From NCBI GenBank assembly GCA_963718235.1, contig CAVQYR010000001.1, forward strand, positions 576,001 to 640,000: a stretch of 64,000 nucleotides of DNA, in the 5' to 3' direction. The DNA comes from an uncultured Actinomycetota bacterium. GTDB lineage: Bacteria; Actinomycetota; Actinomycetes; JAHEKZ01. The translations under genes and the position numbers were made by a program. A model generated the notes under the pieces. It was given only the letters and a program-made list of their open reading frames with translations, made no database searches and was not told the DNA's origin. Below, in pieces: positions 48,647 to 56,595 of this stretch (positions within the stretch are counted from its first letter, which is position 1; each line of letters opens with the position of its first letter).

Positions 48647-49351
48647 TCAACCCCCCGGTGCTGTCGTCCCCGGTCGGGACGGCGTCGAACGTGCAGAACA
48701 TGAGGTCCGAAACGGTCGAGACCGCACATCAAGTCCAAGATCAACTTGGGGGTGGGGTGGGGGGTCGGCGGTGAGGAGGCGCTGCAGCTCGGCCTCCAGG
48801 CCGGCCAGGCCGACGTCGACCACCTCGAGCGGCAGGCCGATCGCGGCCGCGGCCACGCGGGCGGCGGCGGTCAGCTCGGGCGTGCGTCGCTGGGCGAGCC
48901 ACACGACCCGGGTGTAGCGACCGAAGTAGTCGTCGCGCAGCTCGGGGTACCGGTCGAGCCCCAGCTCGGCCAGGACGGTCCGGCGAAACGAGAGCACCAG
49001 GAAGTCGGTGAGCACGTAGGTGCCGGGCTGCTCCTCGAACACCTGCTTCATCCGTTGGACGCCGGCGAACACGTCGTAGCAGTGCGCGCCGCCGAGCCGA
49101 CCGACACCGCGGCGGGCACAGACGTCGTCGAGCGCCCCGTAGGTGCCGCAGTCGGCGTACCCGACGGCCAACCGCTGGTGGCGGGCCGACAGCTCGTCGA
49201 GCGCCACCTCGACCGCGTCAGCGATCCGCTCGGGGTGGTTGTGCAGCAGCGGGGGCAGCGGTTTGACCTCGATCGGCCAGCCGCGGGCGTCGGCGACCGA
49301 GGAGATGTCGGAGGCGATCGCCCCGCACGCGACGACGCCGACGGAGGTCAC
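48647..49351 (-). CDS. DUF1638-like protein
   Basis: VVACGAI, LHNHPERI, GYADCGTYGALD, GAHCY, YVLTDFL, LGLDRYPELRDDYFG; coupled to the corrinoid activator gene. Confidence 0.82.
   Translation of the reverse strand: MTSVGVVACGAIASDISSVADARGWPIEVKPLPPLLHNHPERIADAVEVALDELSARHQRLAVGYADCGTYGALDDVCARRGVGRLGGAHCYDVFAGVQRMKQVFEEQPGTYVLTDFLVLSFRRTVLAELGLDRYPELRDDYFGRYTRVVWLAQRRTPELTAAARVAAAAIGLPLEVVDVGLAGLEAELQRLLTADPPPHPQVDLGLDVRSRPFRTSCSARSTPSRPGTTAPGG
48693..48748 (-). repeat. REP/MITE-like repeat, copy 2 (inverted relative to copy 1)
   Basis: Reverse complement matches 47965-48020 at 49/56 positions by manual alignment. Confidence 0.8.
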
Positions 49352-51198
49352 GTCGGGAAGCCCAGCTGCTCGACGAACAGGTCGTTGAAGTCCGAGCGGT
49401 CGGACAGCTCGAGGTACTCGATCTCGTCGAGCAGGGTCTGGGCGCCATGGCGCTCCTGGGCCGAGAGCAGCACCATCTTCGCCCCCTCACCAGCGACATT
49501 ACCGGCGCTGACGATGCGCAGCACCGGAAGGTTCGGCACCAGCCCGATCCGCACAGCACTGGACGGCGACAGGTACGTGCCGAACGACCCGGCGAGCAGG
49601 ACCTGCTGGATCTCGCCCTCGCCGACTCCGAACTCCTCCAGCAGCAGGCGCCAGCCCGTGGAGATCGCCGCCTTGGCGAACTGCAGCTCGCGCACGTCGC
49701 GCTGGGACAGGTAGACCGGGTCTCCCTCGACCGGCGAGGCGAGCTCGAAGACCCGCTCCTTGTCGATGGTCACCAGCCGGTCGGCCAGGGCAGGGGCGAC
49801 CTGGCGCGCCACGTCGTCGGTGACGAACCGACCGGAGGAGTCGAGCAGTCCGACCCGCACGAGCTCGCTCACGGCGTCGACCAGCCCTGACCCGCACAGC
49901 CCCACGGGCTCGACGTCACCGATGACCTGCAGCTCGAGGCCCTGGTCGGTGGCCCTGACCACCTCGATCGCCCCGGGTGCGGCCCGCATGCCGCTGCGGA
50001 TCGAGGCCGCCTCGAAGGCCGGGCCGGCCGGTGCCGCCGTGGCGAGCAACCGTTCGCCGTCACCGAGCACGAGCTCGCAGTTGGTCCCGATGTCGATGAA
50101 CAGCCGCAGCCGCTTGTCTCGGTCCATCCCCGTGGCCAGGACGCCGGAGATGATGTCGCCACCGACGTAGGCCCCCAGCGAGGGGAAGACCGACGCGCGG
50201 GCCCTGGGGTGGATCGACACCCCGAGGTCGTGGGCGGTGAGCCCCTGGTACCCGCTCGTGGCCAGGATGAACGGCGCGACCCCCAGGGGCTCCGGGTCGA
50301 TACCGAGGACGAGCTGCACCATGGTCGCGTTGCCGGCCAGAGCCACCTCGTACACCTCGGAGGGGTCGACACCGGCCTCTGCGCATGCCTCGTGCGCGAG
50401 CTCGTTGAGGGTCTGCTGGGCCAGGAACTGCAGCCGGCCCAGAGCCTCCGGGTCGAGCATGGTGGAGCTGATCCGGGTGATCACGTCGGCCCCGAACGGC
50501 TGCTGGCGGTTCAGCATCGAGTGGACGGCGGCCGGGGTCCCGGTCTTCACGTCCATCAGGTTGGCCACCACCGTCGTGGTTCCCAGGTCGAACGCCAGCG
50601 CGTACGCCCGCGCAGCCGTGTCCCCGGCCTCGACGCCGATGAGCTCGTCGTCGACGACGATCGCGGTCACCTTGTAGTCGGCGGCTCGGAGCACCCGCCC
50701 GAGCTCTCGGTGTACGGCGGGATCGACCCGCAGCTCGAGGTCGTCGATGGCGTCGAGCAGCCGGGCGAGGTCGCTGCGCTGGTCGGACAGCGTCGGCTCG
50801 TCGAGCTCGACGAACCGCTTCTGCAGCGCCGGCCGCAAGATGACCTGGCGCCCCACGCCCACCGTGGCCGCCTTGGGTCGGGTGGTCAGCGGGGGGACCT
50901 CGATCGACAGGTCGGTGTTGGCGGCTGCCATGCAGGCAAGACGCCAGCCGTCGTCGAGCTGGTCGGTGTCGAAGGCGCGGAGGTCCAGGCGCTGCACGGG
51001 GACGTCGCCGGACAGCACGCGCACCTTGCACTTCTTGCACGTGCCGTGGCCACCGCAGGTCGAGTCGATGGCGATGCCGTTCCAGCTGGCGGCGTCGAAC
51101 ACGGTGACGCCGGCCGGGACGCGCACCTCCTTGTCCGACGGTGTGAAGCTGAGTCGTACGCGGGCAGGACCGTGGTCCTCGACCGGCTCGACGGACAC
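49348..51198 (-). CDS. ATP-dependent reductive activator of corrinoid proteins (RACo/RamA-like; 2Fe-2S + ASKHA)
   Basis: CGGHGTCKKC...RLAC ferredoxin; DLGTTTV, GADVITRI, YVGGD, DIGTNCE, AGPAFE, GLCGSG, QFAKAAI, LAGSFG. Confidence 0.92.
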   Translation of the reverse strand: MSVEPVEDHGPARVRLSFTPSDKEVRVPAGVTVFDAASWNGIAIDSTCGGHGTCKKCKVRVLSGDVPVQRLDLRAFDTDQLDDGWRLACMAAANTDLSIEVPPLTTRPKAATVGVGRQVILRPALQKRFVELDEPTLSDQRSDLARLLDAIDDLELRVDPAVHRELGRVLRAADYKVTAIVVDDELIGVEAGDTAARAYALAFDLGTTTVVANLMDVKTGTPAAVHSMLNRQQPFGADVITRISSTMLDPEALGRLQFLAQQTLNELAHEACAEAGVDPSEVYEVALAGNATMVQLVLGIDPEPLGVAPFILATSGYQGLTAHDLGVSIHPRARASVFPSLGAYVGGDIISGVLATGMDRDKRLRLFIDIGTNCELVLGDGERLLATAAPAGPAFEAASIRSGMRAAPGAIEVVRATDQGLELQVIGDVEPVGLCGSGLVDAVSELVRVGLLDSSGRFVTDDVARQVAPALADRLVTIDKERVFELASPVEGDPVYLSQRDVRELQFAKAAISTGWRLLLEEFGVGEGEIQQVLLAGSFGTYLSPSSAVRIGLVPNLPVLRIVSAGNVAGEGAKMVLLSAQERHGAQTLLDEIEYLELSDRSDFNDLFVEQLGFPT

Positions 51199-51200
51199 CG

Positions 51201-52070
51201 CTACCCGGCCGCGGCTTCTGCGGCCTGCCGGGCTCGGAACCGCTGGATCCAGCTCGCACCCCACTCGTCGTTGCCGAGCATCAGGTCGGCCGCCTTGACG
51301 GCGTCGACGACCTCGGGCGTGCGCGCGTCCATGATGGCGCTGGTCAGACCGGACTTCATGGCCATGGGCAGGAACGCGGCGTTGAGGGTGTGCCGTCCTG
51401 GCATACCGAAGGACACGTTGGACGCGCCGAGGGTCATGTTGACCCCCAGCCCGTCGCGGATCAGCGAGATGGCCTCGAAGGTGCGGGCGGCGTGCAGGGA
51501 GTCGGCACCCACCGGCATCGCCAAGGGGTCGATGACGATGTCCTCGACCGGGATCCCGTACTTGGTCGTGGCCACCTCGACGATCTTGCGGGCCAGCTCG
51601 AAGCGGCGCTGCGGGTCCTCGGGGATCTCGGTCTCGTCGTTGGGCAGGGCGATGATCGCGGCGCCGTACTTCTTGACCAGCGGGAGGATGACCTCCATCC
51701 GGTCGTCCTCGGCGGTCACCGAGTTCACGAGCGCCTTGCCCTCGTAGGCGGCCAGCCCGGCGTCGAGCGCCTCGACGACCGAGGAGTCGATGCAGATCGG
51801 CAGGTCGGTGAGGCTCTGCACGAGCGTGACCGCCTTGGCCAGCAGCTCGGCCTCGTCGGTCAGGGGCACCCCCATGTTGACGTCGAGGACCATGGCGCCG
51901 CCGTCGACCTGCGCGGCGACGTCCTTCTCGATCGCCGAGAGGTCGCCGGCCCGAAGCTGCTCCTGGAACACCTTGCGTCCGGTGGGATTGATCCGCTCAC
52001 CGATGATGCAGAAGGGTTGGTCGTGACCGATCACGACCTGCTTAGCCGGCGAGCTGAGAACCGTGTGCAT
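51201..52070 (-). CDS. Methylcorrinoid:tetrahydrofolate methyltransferase (pterin-binding, MeTr/MtgA-like)
   Basis: IIGERINPTG, LDVNMG, ICIDSS, LVNSV, IDPL, GASNVSFGMP..R..LN. Confidence 0.9.
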   Translation of the reverse strand: MHTVLSSPAKQVVIGHDQPFCIIGERINPTGRKVFQEQLRAGDLSAIEKDVAAQVDGGAMVLDVNMGVPLTDEAELLAKAVTLVQSLTDLPICIDSSVVEALDAGLAAYEGKALVNSVTAEDDRMEVILPLVKKYGAAIIALPNDETEIPEDPQRRFELARKIVEVATTKYGIPVEDIVIDPLAMPVGADSLHAARTFEAISLIRDGLGVNMTLGASNVSFGMPGRHTLNAAFLPMAMKSGLTSAIMDARTPEVVDAVKAADLMLGNDEWGASWIQRFRARQAAEAAAG

Positions 52071-52995
52071 GGTGCTCCTGTTCCGATGCTGGGTGCGTGG
52101 CTTGGAAGACTCCGAGCTCGTCGACGAGCCGGGCCAGGCTGCCGTCGTGGCGGAAGTCGGCGAAGTGGACGCCGGCTACCCCGGTCAGCGACAGCGCGTG
52201 GCGCGCCTGCTCGAGGGCCATCTCGTACGAGGCCTCCGCGGGGTCGGCGGCGTCCCGAATGCGCTGGATCGTGGCGGCGGGCACGCTGATCCCCGGCACG
52301 TGCTCGTCCATGAACGCCAGGGCCCTGGCCGACCTGGTCAGGCAGATGGTGGGCAGCAGTGCCGTCCGCGAGGTGGTGCCGGCCTCGACGCAGCCGGCCA
52401 CGAACCGCTCGAGCCGGTCGGCGTGGTAGCCGATCTGCAGCTGCAGGAACCGGGCGCCGTTGGCCGACTTCTTGGCGGCCCGCTCGATCCGGTGCGCCAG
52501 GGGAGGTGCGTACGGGTTCTCCACGGCCCCGACGAACAGAGCTGGTGCGGGGTCGATCGCGCGCCCGGAGAGGTAGCGCCCCTCGCCGATCCCGGTCGCG
52601 ACCCGGATCAGCTGCGGTCCGTCGAGGTCGAACACCCGTCGCGCCTCCGGCTCGTCACCGGCGGTCACGTCGTCGCCGGTGAGCGCGCAGATGTTCTCGA
52701 CGCCGAACAGCGCCGCACCCACGATGTCGGCCTGGATCGCCAGACGGTTCTTGTCACGGCATACCACCTGCATGATCGGCTCGGCGCCGAGCTGCTTCAT
52801 GGCGATGGCGATCGACACGTTGGAAGCATGGGCGTGCGCCGCGGGGTTGTCGGTGGCGTTGATGGCATCGACGTGCGGTGCGATCATCTCGAGCTTGCGC
52901 CGCACCTCGTCCAGGCCACCGGAGTTGGTCGGTGGCAGCTCGGCGGTGACGACGGGCCGCTGGCCCGCCTCGAGCAGGTCCTGGAGTCGTGACAC
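52042..52995 (-). CDS. metF: Methylenetetrahydrofolate reductase (MetF, MetV-associated type)
   Basis: VTAELPP, INATDN, QVVCRDKNR, ALTGD, VFDLD, KK..GARFLQ.Q, GVH. Confidence 0.88.
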   Translation of the reverse strand: MSRLQDLLEAGQRPVVTAELPPTNSGGLDEVRRKLEMIAPHVDAINATDNPAAHAHASNVSIAIAMKQLGAEPIMQVVCRDKNRLAIQADIVGAALFGVENICALTGDDVTAGDEPEARRVFDLDGPQLIRVATGIGEGRYLSGRAIDPAPALFVGAVENPYAPPLAHRIERAAKKSANGARFLQLQIGYHADRLERFVAGCVEAGTTSRTALLPTICLTRSARALAFMDEHVPGISVPAATIQRIRDAADPAEASYEMALEQARHALSLTGVAGVHFADFRHDGSLARLVDELGVFQATHPASEQEHHAHGSQLAG

Positions 52996-52996
52996 G

Positions 52997-53455
52997 TCAG
53001 TGGTCCTCGGCGTGGAAGGGAGTGCGGAAAGGGCCCTCGAACTCGACCAGCGACAGCTCCGGCTCGTCGAAGGGCTCGGCAGGCAGAGCATGCCCTTGCC
53101 ACCCGAGGGGCGTCTCGTGGTCTCGCCGGGTGACCAGGTTGAGCCACGACGACGTGTTCTCCAGCTGGTTGTCCACCGGTGGTCGGGTGTCATGGATCTC
53201 GTCGCGCCAGTGCTTCGGCAGCAGCGGCAGGGTCCGACTGCGGTCCTCCGCCGCGACCCACACGCAGCGCATCTCCGGCTTGACCTCGCACCGGCCGTCC
53301 TCGCGCACCCCCCCGCACGGGCCGTTGCGCAGCGTCTTGGGACACGTCATCGGACACGTCATGCCCGTGGAGTGCAGGACGCACTGACCGCACGTTCGGC
53401 AGTCCCACACGGGTTTCTTGATCGCGTCCTCGAGGCGCGTGAGCAGGTCGGTCAC
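52997..53455 (-). CDS. MetV-like Cys-rich MTHFR partner subunit
   Basis: Eight Cys: CRTCGQC...CPMTCPKTLRNGPCGG...CEV...CVW; 1 nt upstream of metF. Confidence 0.87.
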   Translation of the reverse strand: MTDLLTRLEDAIKKPVWDCRTCGQCVLHSTGMTCPMTCPKTLRNGPCGGVREDGRCEVKPEMRCVWVAAEDRSRTLPLLPKHWRDEIHDTRPPVDNQLENTSSWLNLVTRRDHETPLGWQGHALPAEPFDEPELSLVEFEGPFRTPFHAEDH

Positions 53456-53464
53456 CAGTATCTC

Positions 53465-54130
53465 TCAGGCGTTGGCGAGGGCGCGCTTGCGCTGCAGGAG
53501 GTCCTTGGCCCGCCGGACGGCGGTCGAGGCGTCGGCGGCGTACCCGTCGGCTCCGACGGCGTCGGCGTACTCCTGGGTCACCGGTGCCCCGCCGACCATG
53601 ACGATCACCTGGTCGCGCAGACCGGCCTTCTCGAGTGCGTTGATGTTCGCCTTGAACATCGGCATGGTGGTGGTGAGGAACGCTGAGAAGCCGACGATGT
53701 CGGGCTGGTGCTCGTTGATCGCCTCGACGAACTTCTCCGGTGGCACCTGGACGCCGAGGTCGATCACCTCGAACCCGGCCCCCTCGAGCATGATGTTGAC
53801 CAGGTTCTTGCCGATGTCGTGCACGTCGCCCTTGACCGTCCCCATCAGGAACTTGCCGACGGTCTCGGCGCCGGTAGCCGCCAGGAGCGGGCGCAGCACC
53901 TCGAGGGCGCCGGCCATGGCCCGACCGGCGATCAGCATCTCCGGGACGAAGAAGTCGCCGCGCTCGAACCGCGCACCGACCTCCTCCAGCGACGGGATGA
54001 GCGCCTCGAACAGCAGGGTCTCGGGGTTCATGCCGTCGGCGATGCCCTGGTTGGTCAGCTCGAGGACGGTGGGGGCGTTGCCCACCAGCGTCTCGTCGTA
54101 CAGGCCCTTGAGAATCTCGTCGGGAGTCAT
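53465..54130 (-). CDS. Stand-alone corrinoid (B12-binding) protein
   Basis: Cap domain VGARFERGDFFVPEML; DxHxxG motif GDVHDIGKNLV; S.FLTTT; VGGAPV; GADGY. Confidence 0.95.
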   Translation of the reverse strand: MTPDEILKGLYDETLVGNAPTVLELTNQGIADGMNPETLLFEALIPSLEEVGARFERGDFFVPEMLIAGRAMAGALEVLRPLLAATGAETVGKFLMGTVKGDVHDIGKNLVNIMLEGAGFEVIDLGVQVPPEKFVEAINEHQPDIVGFSAFLTTTMPMFKANINALEKAGLRDQVIVMVGGAPVTQEYADAVGADGYAADASTAVRRAKDLLQRKRALANA

Positions 54131-54903
54131 GCGGCACCCACCCTTCGCGAACGCGGTTGATCAGGGGTTCCGAGTGCGCGGGACACCGCGCGCGCCTCGT
54201 CGACCAGGAGTCGGCCGACCCCTGGAATCCGGTCGCCGGTGAGGCGCACGGAAGGTCCGGTCACCGAGATCGCCGCGACGACGGTGCCGTCGGGGCCGGT
54301 GATGGGAGAGGCCACGGCCACCAGGCCGGGCTCGAGCTCGGAGTCTGCGACGGCGTACCCCACCCGACGCACCTTGGCCAGCTCGACGTCGAGCTGCTCG
54401 CGCGAGGTGAGGGTGCGCTCAGTACGCCGCTCGAGGCGGCCCTTGGGGACGGCGACGACGCCGTGGGCCAGGAACACCTTGCCCAGGGCCGAGCAGTGGA
54501 ACGGTACGGAGCGGCCGATCCAGTTGACTGCGCCGAGCAGGTACCGGGAGTCGACCTGGGCGATCTGTTCGACCGCGCCGGGACCGGGGACGGCCAGGTT
54601 GACCGTCTCACCGGTCACCTCACCGAGGCGGTCGAGGTGGGGCTGGGCCACCCGCAGCAGCGCGTTGGCCCGACCCGACCCGGCGAACCGGGTGAGCACT
54701 GGCCCGGGCCGCACCGCGGAATCGGGCCCGCGGCGGACCAGGCCGTGCCGCTCCAGGCTGGTGAGCAGGCGCGAGGCCGTGCTCTTGGGCAGCTCGGTGG
54801 CCGCGGCCAGCTCGGCGAACGGGACCGGGCGGGGCGACTCGAGTACGGCGATGAGCAGTGAGCTCGCTCGGTCGACGGCTTGGGTGCCGGAGGGCGCGCC
54901 CAT
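54127..54903 (-). CDS. IclR family transcriptional regulator
   Basis: AVDRA, LPKSTASRLL, GETVNL, HCSALGKVFL, GYA..E.E.G..AVASP, AAISVTGP; stop overlaps corrinoid start. Confidence 0.94.
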   Translation of the reverse strand: MGAPSGTQAVDRASSLLIAVLESPRPVPFAELAAATELPKSTASRLLTSLERHGLVRRGPDSAVRPGPVLTRFAGSGRANALLRVAQPHLDRLGEVTGETVNLAVPGPGAVEQIAQVDSRYLLGAVNWIGRSVPFHCSALGKVFLAHGVVAVPKGRLERRTERTLTSREQLDVELAKVRRVGYAVADSELEPGLVAVASPITGPDGTVVAAISVTGPSVRLTGDRIPGVGRLLVDEARAVSRALGTPDQPRSRRVGAA

Positions 54904-54971
54904 GGCGGTCAGTCCTTCCGGTCGTGGGTTGGAGCCAGGAGGGTGGAGCCAGCGTTGGCAGGGACGAGCAC

Positions 54972-54998
54972 GTTCTATCATATGGAACCCCCGTTCCA
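54972..54998. promoter_or_regulatory. Candidate IclR operator in divergent iclR/mttB promoter
   Basis: GTTCTATCATATGGAAC (54972-54988) overlapping TGGAAC-cccc-GTTCCA (54983-54998). Confidence 0.6.
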
Positions 54999-55067
54999 CG
55001 GGGCGATAGTAGGATTCGTCGTCCGGGCGGGTCAAGGCCGCGCCTTCGTCGGATTCGTGGAGGGTCG

Positions 55068-56507
55068 ATGTTCGTCAACCGCATGCCGCGCTACGAGATC
55101 CTGTCGGCAGACTCGATGGCCACGCTCGACCGGGGATGGCGGCGGATCGTCTCCGAGATCGGCGTGGAGTTCATGAAGCCGGAGGCGCTCGACCTCTTCC
55201 GCCAGGCGGGGCAGAAGGTGGAGGAGAACAACGTCTTCTTCGACCCCGACTTCCTGCTCGAGCAGGCGGCCAAGGCCCCCCGCGAGTTCGACATCCAGGC
55301 CCGCAACCATGCCAACGACGTGCACATCGGCGGAGACCACATGGTCTTCTCCAGCGTCTACGGACCGCCCTTCGTCCGGCGGGGCGACGTCCGGCGGGAG
55401 GGCACGCTGGAGGACTACCGCAACTTCGCCAAGCTGGCCCAGTCCTTCGACGTCCTCGACAGCGTCGGCGGGGTGGTCGCCGAGCCCAACGACGCACCGC
55501 TGGACTCCCGGCACCTCGACATGCTCTACGCCACCATGACGCTCACCGACAAGATGTACATGGGCAACGTGGTCAGCGGGGGCAACGCACGCGACACGAT
55601 CGCGATGAGCGAGATCCTCTTCGGTGGGCGTGAGTCGATCGAGCAGACACCGGCCTGCATCTCGCTCATCAACTGCAACTCACCCCTTCGCTGGGACGAC
55701 CGCATGCTCGACGCCCAGTTCGAGTACTCCGCGGCCAACCAGCCGGTGGTGCTGACCCCCTTCCTGCTCATGGGGGCCATGTCGCCGGTCACGATCCCCT
55801 CCGCGCTGGTCCAGCAGATCGCCGAGGCACTGACCGGGATCGCTCTGAGCCAGCTGATCCGCCCCGGGGCCCCGGTGGTGTTCGGCTCGTTCCTGTCCAA
55901 CATCGACATGCAGTCGGGCTCTCCCCAGTTCGGCACGCCCGAGTCGGCCATGGGCCTGCTGTGTACAGGCCAGATCGCGCGTCACTTCGGGCTGCCCTTC
56001 CGTGGCGGTGGCGGGCTCAACTCCTCCCAGGTGCCCGACGCCCAGGCCGCCTACGAGTCGCTCATGACGATGCTGCCGACCTTCCTGGCCGGCACGAACT
56101 TCGTCATGCACTCCGCGGGCTGGCTGGAGGGTGGTCTGGTCTCGTGTTTCGAGAAGTACGTCATCGACGTGCAGGTGCTCGAGATGCTGCAGAAGGAGTT
56201 CACACCACTCGAGATCACCGACGAGGACCTCGCCTTCGACGCCCACCAGGAGGTCGGCCACGGCGGTCACTTCCTCGGTGCGATGCACACCATGGAGCGG
56301 TTCCGAACGTGCTTCTACCGGCCGTTCCTGTCGTCGTCGGACAACTTCGAGCGGTGGACCCGCAACGGGTCCAAGGACACCGCGACCCGGGCCGGTGAGA
56401 TCGTCGACACCAAGCTCGAGGCCTACCAGCCGCCGCCGCTGGACGACGCGGTCCGCGAGCAGCTCGAGGACTACGTCATCCGTCGCCGCACCGAGCTCGG
56501 CGACTGA
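55068..56507 (+). CDS. Non-pyrrolysine MttB-superfamily methyltransferase (MtgB-like)
   Basis: EIGVEF, EP.D.P...RHLD, NCNSPLRWD, GAMSPVT, QLIRPGAPVVFG, GTPE, DAQAAYES, HSAGWLEGGL, VGHGGHFL; no in-frame TAG; GGAGG RBS. Confidence 0.93.
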   Translation: MFVNRMPRYEILSADSMATLDRGWRRIVSEIGVEFMKPEALDLFRQAGQKVEENNVFFDPDFLLEQAAKAPREFDIQARNHANDVHIGGDHMVFSSVYGPPFVRRGDVRREGTLEDYRNFAKLAQSFDVLDSVGGVVAEPNDAPLDSRHLDMLYATMTLTDKMYMGNVVSGGNARDTIAMSEILFGGRESIEQTPACISLINCNSPLRWDDRMLDAQFEYSAANQPVVLTPFLLMGAMSPVTIPSALVQQIAEALTGIALSQLIRPGAPVVFGSFLSNIDMQSGSPQFGTPESAMGLLCTGQIARHFGLPFRGGGGLNSSQVPDAQAAYESLMTMLPTFLAGTNFVMHSAGWLEGGLVSCFEKYVIDVQVLEMLQKEFTPLEITDEDLAFDAHQEVGHGGHFLGAMHTMERFRTCFYRPFLSSSDNFERWTRNGSKDTATRAGEIVDTKLEAYQPPPLDDAVREQLEDYVIRRRTELGD

Positions 56508-56527
56508 CCCCGATCAGAGCTGGAACG

Positions 56528-56564
56528 CGCGAACGGCGCAACCGAAGCGGTTGCGCCGTTCGCG
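56528..56564. terminator. Perfect 17-bp hairpin between convergent mttB and ABC SBP genes
   Basis: CGCGAACGGCGCAACCG-aag-CGGTTGCGCCGTTCGCG. Confidence 0.8.
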
Positions 56565-56595
56565 TCGAACTGTCCGGTTGTGAGACCGGGCAGGA

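Noticed and set aside
51201-52070. Dihydropteroate synthase or fragmented metH pseudogene
   Set aside because: IGERIN and SNVSFG motifs fit a MeTr; no homocysteine-binding or SAM-reactivation domain gene in the cluster; ORFs are intact and coupled.
54904-55067. Cobalamin riboswitch upstream of the corrinoid genes
   Set aside because: No recognisable B12-box or GGGAA/GCCACTG elements; only operator-like palindromes.
55068-56507. Pyrrolysine recoding in MttB
   Set aside because: No in-frame TAG and no pyl genes in the window.
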